From Myxococcota bacterium (GTDB lineage Bacteria; Myxococcota_A; UBA796; CAJQPC01): a DNA stretch of 64,000 bases. The translations under genes were made by a program, and so were the position numbers. The notes below the pieces were generated by a model, which was given only the letters and a program-made list of their open reading frames with translations, was not told the DNA's origin and searched no databases. This document shows, piece by piece, positions 20,908 through 30,839 of the stretch. Location: contig DASCPX010000016.1 in NCBI GenBank assembly GCA_036012755.1, positions 170,599 through 234,598 on the forward strand, written 5' to 3'. Position 1 is the stretch's first letter, and each line of letters starts with the position of its first letter.

Positions 20908-21459
20908 ATGGCGACTTCGTTGCCCCCCATGGCGATCAACCAGGGCCTGGCTACCGCGCGCAAGATGGCAGCCAAGGGGCAGCTGGAGCAGGCGCGCGGG
21001 GTCGCCAAGGCGCTCTTCGGCGCCGCCCAGGGTCACCCGGAGCTCGCGGCCGAGGCCCTCGGGCACCTCGGCTGCATCGACCTCGAGCGCGGGGATCTCG
21101 ACGAGGCGGACCAGCGCCTTCAGACCGCCCTGCAGGGAGGCCTGGACGAGGACACGCGGGCTCGCTTCGAGGGCGCGCTCGCGGAGCTCTGGGCTCGGCT
21201 GGGGGACCCCGGAGGTCAGGCGCTCCTCGCCCAGGCCTTCCGTCGGGTGAGGTGCCCGGAACAGAGAGCCGTGCTCCTCTGCCGCGCAGGGAGCATCGCG
21301 ATGCTCAACGGCGACCCGCTGGTCGGGATGGCGGCCCTGTGGGACGCCAGAGCAGCCAGGCGCGAGCTGGGCAGTGCACCCGAGCTCGACTGGGCGGTGG
21401 GGGGCCTCGAGTACACCCTGAACCCGAGCACGGAAGACACAGACAGCTGGGTCGCCTGA
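20908..21459 (+). CDS. Hypothetical TPR-like protein
   Basis: AEALGHLGCIDLERGDLDEADQRLQTAL. Confidence 0.6.
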   Translation: MATSLPPMAINQGLATARKMAAKGQLEQARGVAKALFGAAQGHPELAAEALGHLGCIDLERGDLDEADQRLQTALQGGLDEDTRARFEGALAELWARLGDPGGQALLAQAFRRVRCPEQRAVLLCRAGSIAMLNGDPLVGMAALWDARAARRELGSAPELDWAVGGLEYTLNPSTEDTDSWVA

Positions 21460-21498
21460 TCGGGGTTTGCGCGCCTCAGGTGAGGCGCGCAGGTCGCA

Positions 21499-21900
21499 TC
21501 ACTCGCCGAGGCTCCAGAGGCCTTCGATGAGCGCGCAGTCGAGGCTGGATTCCTGGGCACCGGTGGCCCGGATCCAGTCGATCAGCTCGTCCATGGGGGC
21601 ATCGGGGAGGACATCACCCTCCTGCAGGCTCACCGCGAGGGCCTTGCCCTTGTCGGTGGTGACCTTGGCGTCGGCCAGGGCGGCGTCGGTCTCGGCGTCG
21701 GTCTCGCCAGACTCGGTGATGGCCACGCAGAGGGCCTCGACGTCAGCCTTCTCTCCGCTGGAGGCGGAGGCTGCGGGTGCGTCCACTGCTGTGGGAACGT
21801 CGATCGAGATGTCCTCGACCTCTCCACCACCACATGCAAGGGCCATTGCGACCAGGGCGGCGCCACCAATGAGGGTACGGATCTTCACTACAACTCCCAT
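21499..21900 (-). CDS. Hypothetical lipoprotein with canonical-length signal peptide
   Basis: KIRTLIGGAALVAMALAC; acidic mature part. Confidence 0.65.
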   Translation of the reverse strand: MGVVVKIRTLIGGAALVAMALACGGGEVEDISIDVPTAVDAPAASASSGEKADVEALCVAITESGETDAETDAALADAKVTTDKGKALAVSLQEGDVLPDAPMDELIDWIRATGAQESSLDCALIEGLWSLGE

Positions 21901-21957
21901 GTCAAGGCCCGGTGCGTAACCAACTTCGCACTGCGAGGCTCGACCAATCGAGCGGCT

Positions 21958-22722
21958 TCAGCCGACGAGCCCATCCGGGAGCCGACCGCGCCTGCGCTTG
22001 TGCTTGTGGGCGGACTTCGGCCACTGGAGCACGTCGAGGGCGGTCCGTGCAGAGGTGGGCATCGAGGGGTCCAGCAGGATCACGATGAGTCGCTTCACGC
22101 CTTCTGCCCGCCGCCAGCCCGCGACCGGGCGCTCGTCGAGCAGGCTGCCGAGCACCCAGGCGACCGCGGAGAGGTCGCTCGCTGCGTCGCCGTCTCCCGC
22201 CATGGCAGCGGGACGCACCAGGACGGCCCGCGCCTCGTCCACGCCTACGTGCACCGTGTCCAGCGTGATGTTCCCGTGGATGAGGCCGTCGCCGTGCAGC
22301 ACGACGAGGGCCTGCAGGAGCGACACCGCGACGCCGCGCACGAGGTCTTCGGACAGCGCGCCGCCAGCGGTGATCGCGCGGGCCGTCGGCTCCTCGGGAG
22401 TTCGACAGATCCGGTAGGACAGGCCGTCCTCATCTCCGACCACATCGATCCCGCCGAGGGCCTCGTGCTCCAGGCCCTGGAGGAGTCGGCTCCGGTCGAT
22501 GAAGGACCGGGGCTCCCAGCGCTCGCCGAGCGCATCGGCGACGCCTCGCGCGACGATGCGCCCCTCCGTGTCGACTCCCAGCGCCTCACAGCTCGAGAAC
22601 TGTCCGTCCCGGGCCAACATGCGACCGAGCAACCAGCGCTCGATGGCTGGAGGCTCGCAGACGAGGCACGCGCAGGAGGCGCAGGAGATGCCGCAGCGCG
22701 CGCAGCGCGGGAGTCGCTCCAT
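21958..22722 (-). CDS. Small degenerate Ser/Thr kinase-like protein with N-terminal Cys cluster
   Basis: CARCGISCASCACLVC; LLQGLEHEAL; LLQALVVLHGDGLIHGNI; ASDLSAVA. Confidence 0.6.
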   Translation of the reverse strand: MERLPRCARCGISCASCACLVCEPPAIERWLLGRMLARDGQFSSCEALGVDTEGRIVARGVADALGERWEPRSFIDRSRLLQGLEHEALGGIDVVGDEDGLSYRICRTPEEPTARAITAGGALSEDLVRGVAVSLLQALVVLHGDGLIHGNITLDTVHVGVDEARAVLVRPAAMAGDGDAASDLSAVAWVLGSLLDERPVAGWRRAEGVKRLIVILLDPSMPTSARTALDVLQWPKSAHKHKRRRGRLPDGLVG

Positions 22723-22841
22723 TCGATGCCCTGGCAGGAGTGCGCCCCCAGAATCGCAGTGTCTCGAACAATCGAGGTTTCCCTGCGATTTCGATCGCGC
22801 CTCGTCGGTCACGTTAGGATCTCCGCACTCTCGGAGTCCAT

Positions 22842-23408
22842 GTGCCGCTGCTGCTCGCACTCTTCGCCTGCCAGACCCGCTCTGGCGACCTCATGACGAT
22901 GTTCACGCCCAAGGCCGTCGAGACCTCGGCCGAAGCGGTGGTCTCGGGCGCGGAGCCGATCATCGACGAGGCCTTCGCGGCGCGTCGTAGCCAGGAGTGC
23001 ATCGACAATCCGCTCGACTGTCCCGAGGCCACGGAGACGGACGAGACGGCCCCTGTTGTGGAGGCCGTCGAGGCCGTGGTCCTGGACGCGGTCGATGCCG
23101 TGTTCGAGGGTGTCCAGCTGGATACGGAGGAGCCCCCGGCGGCGCTGCCGACTCCCACGGGTCTCCCGAGCGAGCCTGCCTGGGGTGTTCGGCTGCTCCA
23201 GACCCTGCCGAGCGCCCAGCCTCCGCGCGCGGCGCTGGGCTTGTCCAACGGCGACGAGATCATCGTCGCTCCGGGCTCGATGATCGAGGCCGCCGGCCTT
23301 GTGGTGATCGCGGTCGGCGACCAGACCGTGCAGCTGGCGAAGGTCGAGCCGGTCGGAGACCACGCCGAGATCGAGACCGTCACCCTCCACGCCCTCTATC
23401 CGCGCTAG
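22842..23408 (+). CDS. Lipoprotein with PilP/GspC-HR-like C-terminal domain
   Basis: MPLLLALFAC; VRLLQTL..PRAALGLSNGDEIIVAPGSMI..LVVIAVGDQTVQL resembles the PilP beta domain. Confidence 0.55.
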   Translation: MPLLLALFACQTRSGDLMTMFTPKAVETSAEAVVSGAEPIIDEAFAARRSQECIDNPLDCPEATETDETAPVVEAVEAVVLDAVDAVFEGVQLDTEEPPAALPTPTGLPSEPAWGVRLLQTLPSAQPPRAALGLSNGDEIIVAPGSMIEAAGLVVIAVGDQTVQLAKVEPVGDHAEIETVTLHALYPR

Positions 23409-23431
23409 TCATCGGCGGTTAGCTGGCGCGC

Positions 23432-25111
23432 ATGCGCCTCTCAGAGCTCCCAGCCGACCAGCCAGAACTCGCTGACCTTCGGGGCGCAGCGACGGCGCTG
23501 ATCACGGACTTCGACGCCGCGCCCGACGCCGACGCCAAGGTCTCGGTCATGAGACGCTGGGACGCCTGGAAGGCCGAGTACGAGGCCGCGATGTTCCTCG
23601 CGAGCATCCGCTTCTCCCAGGACACGACAGACGCGAGCCGCAAGGCGCTCAAACAGCACTTCGACAGGGTCGACCCGGACGTGAAGGAGCTCGACACCAA
23701 GCTCCTCCGCCGAGTGGTCGAGTCCCCGGAGCGGGCCCTGCTGGAGGAGCGCCTGGGCAGCCAGGCCCTGGCCCTGTGGCGCTGCACGCTGGACTCCTTC
23801 GACCCGGCCATCGCCGACGAGCTTCGGGCCGAGTCCGACCTCGTGAATCGCTACGACGAGCTGCGAGCCTCGCTCCGGGTCGACTTCCGGGGTGAGTCCC
23901 ACGGGCTGTCCTCGATGCGCGGGTTCTACGGCGACGCCGATCGCTCCACCAGACACGCGGCGCGCAAGGCCCAGAACCAGCTCCTGTCGGGCGCCGTCGA
24001 TGAGCTCGACTCGCTCTTCGCGGAGCTCGTCGCCGTGCGCCACCGGATGGCACGGAAGCTCGGCGAGGCCACCTACACTCCCCTGGGCTATCGCATGTTG
24101 GGCCGCACGGACTACGACGGAGGGGACGTCGCGGCGTTCCGCGGCGCCATAGAGGCCCGCATCGTGCCGCTGTGCACCGCGATTCGTGCGCGCCACGCAG
24201 AGCAGCTCGGGCTCGACGACTACGCCTTCCACGACACGAGCGTGAGCGACACCTTGGGCGTGCCTCGGCCCAACGGAGACCACGACTGGATGCTGGCGCA
24301 GGCCACCACGATGTTCGAGCGGATGGGCGCCGACTTCAGCGCCTTCTTCGAGCAGATGAAGGCCGGGGAGCTGCTGGACCTGAAGGTGCGCGACGGGAAG
24401 ATGGGCGGTGGATACTGCGAGGCGCTCATTCACTACGGACTGCCCTTCATCTTCGCGAACTTCAACGGGACCCAGGACGACGTCAACGTCTTCACACACG
24501 AGTGCGGCCACGCCTTCCAGTGCTGGACCACCATGCAGCGAAACGTGCTGCGGGACTACGTCTGGCCGACCTACGAGGCCTGCGAGATCCACTCGATGGG
24601 CCTCGAGATGCTGACCTACCCGCACATGGAGCTCTTCTTCGGCGATGACGCCGAGCGCTTCCGCCGGGGCCACGTGGAGGGCGGTCTCCTCTTCCTGCCC
24701 TACGGCGCCGCCGTCGACGCCTTCCAGCACGAGGTCTACGACGACCCCACACAGACTCCGGACCAGCGGAACGCCACCTGGAGCGACCTCGAGTCCCGCC
24801 TGTTGCCCGAGTGGCGCTACGACGGTCTCCCCCACTTCGAGAGCGGTCGCTTCTGGCAGCGCCAGGGCCATCTCTACTCGAACCCCTTCTATTACATCGA
24901 CTACTGCCTCGCACAGACCTGCGCCTTCCAGCTCTGGCGAAACAGCCGCCGCGACCACGCCGGGACCATGTCCCAGTACCGTCATCTGTGTCGACTCGGC
25001 GGCGAGCTCCCCTTCCGCGCCCTGGTGGCGGAGGTCGGCCTGAAGGACCCCTTCGATCCCGACACCCTGGCCGAGGTCGCCGACGATCTCGCCGAGCAGC
25101 TGGATCTCTGA
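23432..25111 (+). CDS. M3-family oligoendopeptidase
   Basis: GKMGGGYC, FANFNGT..DV..FTHECGHAFQ (HExxH), EIHSMGLE, HLYSNPFYYIDY. Confidence 0.95.
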   Translation: MRLSELPADQPELADLRGAATALITDFDAAPDADAKVSVMRRWDAWKAEYEAAMFLASIRFSQDTTDASRKALKQHFDRVDPDVKELDTKLLRRVVESPERALLEERLGSQALALWRCTLDSFDPAIADELRAESDLVNRYDELRASLRVDFRGESHGLSSMRGFYGDADRSTRHAARKAQNQLLSGAVDELDSLFAELVAVRHRMARKLGEATYTPLGYRMLGRTDYDGGDVAAFRGAIEARIVPLCTAIRARHAEQLGLDDYAFHDTSVSDTLGVPRPNGDHDWMLAQATTMFERMGADFSAFFEQMKAGELLDLKVRDGKMGGGYCEALIHYGLPFIFANFNGTQDDVNVFTHECGHAFQCWTTMQRNVLRDYVWPTYEACEIHSMGLEMLTYPHMELFFGDDAERFRRGHVEGGLLFLPYGAAVDAFQHEVYDDPTQTPDQRNATWSDLESRLLPEWRYDGLPHFESGRFWQRQGHLYSNPFYYIDYCLAQTCAFQLWRNSRRDHAGTMSQYRHLCRLGGELPFRALVAEVGLKDPFDPDTLAEVADDLAEQLDL

Positions 25112-26791
25112 TCAGAACGGAAAGGCCAGCGCGAGCGAGGCCTGGGGTTCGCGGGGACCTCTGACCTCCGCCTCGACCCACACCCACTCCCTGACGAGGA
25201 CACGGGTGCCGGCGGCGAGCTCGTACTCGGCGATGCCGTCGAGGCGGACCCAGCGGGTCCCTCCCATGAGCCAGAGGTCCCGCCACACCCTCGCCTCTGC
25301 GCCCGCGAAGGCCTCGAGCTGGCGGAAGTCGCCGCGGGAGCCGAACTCGACGTTCAGCAGGTCACGTTCGACCCACTGGAGGCTCCAGGAGCCGCCCGAG
25401 GCCGCAGCCCCGATCCCCAGGGCGTAGCGGTCGCCCTCGACCACCGCTCGCGCCGAGACGTGGTGGCGCTCTTCTGCCCACTCATCGTCGAAGATCGGCG
25501 GCGCGTCATCCAGCAGCCCGCCGCCGTTCCAGCGGCCACGCCAGGTGGCCTCGACGTACCCACCGTCAAGCTGCAGGCGCGGGGTCGCCCGGAGCTGGAC
25601 CAGCTGGCCGATGACCTCGAGATCGTCGATGTCCTGGCGGATGCCGCCGATGCCTGCCTCGCCCACGACCGAGAATCTCTGGCCCATCCTCAAGGAGACG
25701 TTGGCGCCGCCCTCGCTGATCGGGGCCGCCGTGTAGCCCCATGCGGTGGCGCCGACCGCCGTCCCGGGGATGGTGATGATGCCCGTGATCGTCCGCCCGA
25801 CGGAGCCCCGACCGCCGAGCAACAATGGGGTCGTGCCGCTGTCGTCCTGGAAGGTCGGGCCGCCGTCGAGGGCGACCCCGTCGACGTCACTCCGGCCAGG
25901 CACCACCTGGCTGTAGAGGCCCTCTACGACGAAGCCCGAGTCGTCCCTGGCTTCACCCATCGCCAAGCTGGTGGTGGTGCCCTCGAAGGTCCAGCTGCTG
26001 CGGGCCTCCAGCACGCGCAGCTCGGTGCCCGGGAGCTCTGCCCCCATGCGGTCCATCGCCGCCGGGAGCGCTCCAGTGGTGGCCACCGAGCGAGTGCGGC
26101 CTCCGTCGAAGCGACGAGGCACGCGCTCGACCACCCAGGCCTCACGGACCATCGGCATCATCGGCTCGACGCCCTCGAGCTCGTCGTAGCCCCCCCGCGG
26201 TCTGGGGCCGCCGAGGTAGCCCTGGTCCAGGGCCACGTCGACGGCCTCGGCGAAGGTCAACAGCTCGGCCCCCTGCACGCGGTCGGGCACGAAGGACACC
26301 AGCGTGAAGATGCCCTCGCGGTTCCAGCCCTCCTCGGTCAGTCGCTCGAAGGCCGCCAGGTCCGCCTCCAGCGCCGGGTCCGGAGCGCGCCTGCCGCTGC
26401 CTTCGTAGAAGAGGACGAGCAGCGCCTCGACCTCGGCCGGTCCCGGAGCGTAGCCGAGGGGCTCGTCAGAGACCTCGCCGAGCACCTCGTTCGGATCGTA
26501 GCCCTCCGGCAGGACGAGATCCTCCTCGTAGTCCAGGGCCGCCGCGAGGTGACTCTCGAGGATGCCGGAGAGCGTGTAGGCATCAGCACCCTCCACGTAG
26601 GCGACGATGTAGCGCACGGCTTTTTCGAGCTCGGCCGCGCTGTGGTCGCTCTCGAGCAGCGCCTCGATGTCGTCGTCGAGGAAGGCGGTCGGCACGGGCT
26701 TGCCGAGCTGCTGGTAGTAGAGGCGGGCGATGCGCTCGGCGTCGGCCTCGGAGAGCTCGGCGGCGAAGGCGCTGGCGACCAGCAGGATCAC
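25112..26791 (-). CDS. Exported protein: duplicated N-terminal helical domain plus probable outer-membrane beta-barrel
   Basis: MILLVASAFA signal; two similar ~65-aa helical units; amphipathic strands ending in terminal Phe. Confidence 0.55.
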   Translation of the reverse strand: MILLVASAFAAELSEADAERIARLYYQQLGKPVPTAFLDDDIEALLESDHSAAELEKAVRYIVAYVEGADAYTLSGILESHLAAALDYEEDLVLPEGYDPNEVLGEVSDEPLGYAPGPAEVEALLVLFYEGSGRRAPDPALEADLAAFERLTEEGWNREGIFTLVSFVPDRVQGAELLTFAEAVDVALDQGYLGGPRPRGGYDELEGVEPMMPMVREAWVVERVPRRFDGGRTRSVATTGALPAAMDRMGAELPGTELRVLEARSSWTFEGTTTSLAMGEARDDSGFVVEGLYSQVVPGRSDVDGVALDGGPTFQDDSGTTPLLLGGRGSVGRTITGIITIPGTAVGATAWGYTAAPISEGGANVSLRMGQRFSVVGEAGIGGIRQDIDDLEVIGQLVQLRATPRLQLDGGYVEATWRGRWNGGGLLDDAPPIFDDEWAEERHHVSARAVVEGDRYALGIGAAASGGSWSLQWVERDLLNVEFGSRGDFRQLEAFAGAEARVWRDLWLMGGTRWVRLDGIAEYELAAGTRVLVREWVWVEAEVRGPREPQASLALAFPF

Positions 26792-28158
26792 TGGAGGTAC
26801 CCCAGGGCTTCGAGTCGCTTCTTCTCTTCGGCTCCCAAGGTGACGGCGCGCTCGGCGAAGCCCAGCGGACGTGCGCCCTCGACCTCGGCGTCCGGGGGCA
26901 GCAGCGCGAAGGAAGCACCCTCAGAGGGACTCGCCGGATGGGTCCACGCCGAGGTCCGCACCTCGCCCGTGGCCAGGTGAGTGCGCGGCAGCCTGTCGCG
27001 AAGCTCGGCCTCGAGGCGCGCCGCGGTCTCCGGATCGTCGAGCTCGACCAGCTCGGCGGGGTCCCCATACAGGGTCCTCTTCGAGCTCGACAGGTCCCAG
27101 TCCAGGCGGGCCCCCTCTCGGTAGATTCCCAGCCTGTTCGTGTCGAAGCGCGAGGTGTCGGAGAGGAAGGAGCGCGCAGGGATGTCCTCGCCGATGAGGA
27201 CCTGGCCTTGTCGCTCCAGCCCCGCCAGCGAGGCGAGGGTCGCCGCGATGTCCTGGGTGCCGACGACGTCCTCTACGACGGCGACGCCCACTCCGGGGCC
27301 GTGGATGACCAGCGGAACGTGGAGCTGCTCGGGGTGGAGCGTGTGGGCATGGCCCCAGCTGCCGCGCTCGCCGAACTCCTCGCCGTGGTCGGAGGTGACG
27401 ACGAAGATCACGGGGCGACCGGCGGCGGAGAAGCTCTCGTGGAGCCGCCTGAGCTGGTCGTCGACGTAGCGGATCTCCTCGTCGTACTGGGCGACCTGGT
27501 GAGCCATCTGATCGGCCTCGACCGGGTGCTCGAGGTAGTGGTGGTACTGCTTGTAGGCGAGGTCCCCGTCGGTGGCCGCCCGATCGAACAGCGTGTCGTA
27601 GCCCCCCGGCGCCGCGTAGGGGTAGTGGGCGTCGTAGAGGTGCAGGAAGACGAAGGCCTCCTGCCCCGCCGGCAAGCTGCGCATCAGGGCATCGACGACG
27701 TCCTCTGCATCCACCGTGCTCTGTCGGTTCGTCTTCTTGTCGTGCACCTCGAAGTCCTCCCACACATCGAAGCCCCTGTCGAAGCCGAAGCGGGCCGACA
27801 CGAAGAAGGTGCTGACGACGCCCACGGTCGTGAAGCCTCCCGAGCGGAAGGTCTCCTGGATGAGCGCGAGCTCGTCGGGGATCGCGCGGCCGTCGTCGAC
27901 CACCCCGTGCTCCAGCGGAGTCGATCCGCTCAGCAGCGTCGCGTGCGAGGGCAGCGTCCACGGCGAAGGGCTGCGCGCGTGGGCGAAGCGCGTCCCGGTC
28001 GCCGCCAGGCCATCGATGAAGGGCGAGGTGTCGCGGGAGTGGCCGTAGCAGCCGAGGTGGTCGGCCCGCAGGGTGTCGATGCTGACCAGCACCACGTCGG
28101 GGCGCTCTCCGCCGGGGGGGATCGCGCGTGGGGTGCAGGCCAGCGAGGCGAGGATCAT
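26788..28158 (-). CDS. Sulfatase-family lipoprotein (Ser-type motif)
   Basis: VVLVSIDTLRADHL, SPSPWTLPSHA, HLYDAHYPY, TSDHGEEF, LEALGYL. Confidence 0.92.
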   Translation of the reverse strand: MILASLACTPRAIPPGGERPDVVLVSIDTLRADHLGCYGHSRDTSPFIDGLAATGTRFAHARSPSPWTLPSHATLLSGSTPLEHGVVDDGRAIPDELALIQETFRSGGFTTVGVVSTFFVSARFGFDRGFDVWEDFEVHDKKTNRQSTVDAEDVVDALMRSLPAGQEAFVFLHLYDAHYPYAAPGGYDTLFDRAATDGDLAYKQYHHYLEHPVEADQMAHQVAQYDEEIRYVDDQLRRLHESFSAAGRPVIFVVTSDHGEEFGERGSWGHAHTLHPEQLHVPLVIHGPGVGVAVVEDVVGTQDIAATLASLAGLERQGQVLIGEDIPARSFLSDTSRFDTNRLGIYREGARLDWDLSSSKRTLYGDPAELVELDDPETAARLEAELRDRLPRTHLATGEVRTSAWTHPASPSEGASFALLPPDAEVEGARPLGFAERAVTLGAEEKKRLEALGYLQ

Positions 28159-29453
28159 TGCAGTCCGACCGGGAGGTACCAGAGCGTGAGCGGGATCGCG
28201 AGGGCCAGGGTGACCAACAGCGCCGCCAGGCGCCAGCCGCGGATCGCAGACCCGGGCGCCGCGAGGAAGCCAGCGGTCCAGATCAGCCAGAGCCCGTCGA
28301 GCGGGACGCGGAAGCGGGTCGTGCCCAGGAGCACCGCGACCACGGCGCAGTGGTAGAGCACGATCAAGAGCGTGATGGGGAAGAGCCAGCTCCGACCCCG
28401 AGCGAAGGCGCCGACGCTGCCTCCCCAGACGGTGAGCAGGGAGAACCCGATCGTGCCGAGGCAGAGGAACTCGGCGACAGGCGCGGGCAGACCCTTGTAG
28501 CGCCCGGCTCGGACCTTGCGCGTGAGGAAGCTGTTGGGGTTGAAGAGGAAGGCCTCGCGCTGGGGGATCCGGCGCAGGAACTCCGCTGGGTTGTCCCGGA
28601 TCCAGCCCAGCGCCGTGTCACGCTGGCAGTCCGCCCACTCGGTCCTGGGGAGCTCGATGTCGCACATCGGTCGGCCGGTGGCGGTGATTCGCCTGAACTC
28701 GGCGGTGCTCTGGCTGAGCCCGTGGTCCCAGGTGATCAGCGGGAAGTCGTTGTTGCTCAGCCACAGGTTGTGACCGAGGGTGGTGTCCGTGATGACCACG
28801 CCGCCGAACTTCTTGCTGGCGTAGATCGAGTAGGGCGCGACGGTGAGGATCGCGACGAGCGCCATGGCGCCGGCTTGTCGCCATTGCCTTCGTGGCACGA
28901 AGGCCAGCATGAAGATCGGGAGCAGGTATGTGGCGACCCCCCGCAGGAGCACCGACAGGCCGATGAGCAGGCCCGCCAACAGTGCCCACCGCCAGGATCG
29001 ATCCCGGGCCAGGCCGATGGTGTAGAGCGTTCCCAAGAGCAGCGTCAGGTAGATGGACTCGGTCCAGAGGTGACCGGCGAAGAAGGCCAGGGTGGGGCTC
29101 AGCGCGTAGAGCCACGCGGCGATGCGTCCGGCGCGCAGATCCAGGTGGTCCCGGGCCAACAGGTAGACGAGGACCTGCGCGACGCCGAAGCCGACGACCT
29201 GTGTGACGAGGCCCACGTCTGCCCAGCCGGAGAGCACCTCGTGGGCCGCGAGGAAGGTCACGTAGCCCGGGGCCCAGACGTAGGGGATGAAGGTGTCGGC
29301 GGTCATGCCCTCGCCTGCCGCCATGCGGTGGGCGAGCTGCAGGTAGGAGCACTCGTCCCTGGTGCAGGGCACGTCCCACCAGAAGATGAAGGGGAAGGCA
29401 CGGAGCACCAGCCCGACCACCAGCGAGGCCAGGAGCCAGCGGTCGCGCCTCAC
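28155..29453 (-). CDS. ArnT/PMT-like (GT-C) membrane glycosyltransferase
   Basis: Early loop RDECSY; LWTESIY; about 11 TM segments; RFRVP near C-terminus. Confidence 0.8.
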   Translation of the reverse strand: MRRDRWLLASLVVGLVLRAFPFIFWWDVPCTRDECSYLQLAHRMAAGEGMTADTFIPYVWAPGYVTFLAAHEVLSGWADVGLVTQVVGFGVAQVLVYLLARDHLDLRAGRIAAWLYALSPTLAFFAGHLWTESIYLTLLLGTLYTIGLARDRSWRWALLAGLLIGLSVLLRGVATYLLPIFMLAFVPRRQWRQAGAMALVAILTVAPYSIYASKKFGGVVITDTTLGHNLWLSNNDFPLITWDHGLSQSTAEFRRITATGRPMCDIELPRTEWADCQRDTALGWIRDNPAEFLRRIPQREAFLFNPNSFLTRKVRAGRYKGLPAPVAEFLCLGTIGFSLLTVWGGSVGAFARGRSWLFPITLLIVLYHCAVVAVLLGTTRFRVPLDGLWLIWTAGFLAAPGSAIRGWRLAALLVTLALAIPLTLWYLPVGLQ

Positions 29454-29923
29454 TTCTCGAGGCGTTCCTCGAGCTCGGCCAGGCGAGCACGGAGCGCGTC
29501 CAGCTCGTCATCCGAGGCGCGGAGTGGCGGCTCGGGATCGGGCTCCGGGGCGTCGGGGGCGCGGGGGGCCTGCTGTCCGGGCCTGAGCATCGCCTCGACC
29601 TGGTCCATCTGGGCGGAGACCAGGGCCAGGCCTGTCGTGAGCTGCTCGCGCAGCATCGCCTGCCAGGGATCGTCGCCGGTGGACCGGATCATGCGGTGGA
29701 GCATCGAGGTCGGGATCAGCTCGGCGCCGCCAAGGGACTTCAGCACCACCTCGCCGAGGACCTGGGGCGTCAGGTCCTCTTCGGTCTTTGCGTCCACCAC
29801 CTGCACCGTCGTCCCCTCGCGGATCATCGCCGCGAGCTCCTCGAGGTTCAGGTACCTCGAGGCCGAGGTGTCATAGAGGCGCCTGTTGCCATATTTCTTG
29901 ATGGTGACCACGATCGACGACAT
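29450..29923 (-). CDS. phaR: Polyhydroxyalkanoate synthesis repressor PhaR
   Basis: IKKYGNRRLYDTSASRYLNLEELAAMIREG..VQVVDAKTEEDLT; adjacent pha genes. Confidence 0.92.
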   Translation of the reverse strand: MSSIVVTIKKYGNRRLYDTSASRYLNLEELAAMIREGTTVQVVDAKTEEDLTPQVLGEVVLKSLGGAELIPTSMLHRMIRSTGDDPWQAMLREQLTTGLALVSAQMDQVEAMLRPGQQAPRAPDAPEPDPEPPLRASDDELDALRARLAELEERLEK

Positions 29924-29933
29924 ATCCCGCCAG

Positions 29934-30017
29934 GGGGTCAGACCCTGACATGTGACGGGCGCGTGACATGGTTTCGTGTGTAATCCCAACCCCCTACACG
30001 GGGTCAGACCGTGACAT
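29934..30017. repeat. 18-bp direct repeat GGGGTCAGACC(C/G)TGACAT upstream of phaR
   Basis: Copies at 29934-29951 and 30000-30017 (1 mismatch), with an extra GTGACATG between them. Confidence 0.7.
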
Positions 30018-30173
30018 CGGCGCCAGGTGGAGGCCGACTGAGCCCTGGCACGGGACTTGAATCACAGCTCGGCATGCTCGCGTTCACGCTCCTGGCCTGC
30101 ACCGACGCCCTCATCGACGGCCTGCGAATCGACCTCGAGGGTGACCTCGCACCGACAACCCCGGAGGCTTGAG

Positions 30174-30839
30174 ATGCCCTTCGCGCTCAGCGGCGACTGC
30201 CACATCTACTGGACCGCCATCGGTCGCGGCCCGCCCATCGTGCTGGTCCGCGGACTCGCCCGCTCCCACCGCTACTTCGAGCCGATCGTCCCGTACCTGG
30301 CCCGCTACTTCCGGGTGATCCTCTTCGACAACCGCGGCTCGGGGCGCTCCGATCGCCCTGCGGGTCCCTACTCCTCGGACCAGATGGCGGATGACGTCGT
30401 GGCGGTCATGGACGCTGCTGGCGCTCGAAGTGCCTGGATCCTCGGCATGTCACTCGGCGGCATGATCGCGCTGGATACGGCTCGGCGCCATCCCCGTCGG
30501 GTGAGCGGGCTCGTGCTCGGATCGTGCACGGCGCGGGGCCGTGGCTACCCGACTCGCGTCCCGCTCTGGCCGAAGCTCCTGCTGGCGATCAGCGCGCTCT
30601 TGCCTCGCTCGATGGGGCGCCGCGTCCAGGCCTTCGTGACCCTGAGCGATGCCTTCATGGACCGCGCCGAGCTCGAGATCGTCGCCGACTGTGGCCACAA
30701 CATCGAGACCGAGCAGCTTGGCTGGATGGCCCGCCGCGTCCTGGTCTTCGTGGACACCCACGCGTCCGAGGCGCCCTACGCCAACCAGGCCCCAGCGAGG
30801 ACGACAGGTACGCTCAAGACTGCGCCGATCGCCAGGTAG
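30174..30839 (+). pseudogene. Alpha/beta hydrolase with apparent in-frame internal deletion
   Basis: GMSLGG nucleophile elbow and CGH His present, but the strand carrying the catalytic acid is absent (junction near 30657). Confidence 0.6.
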
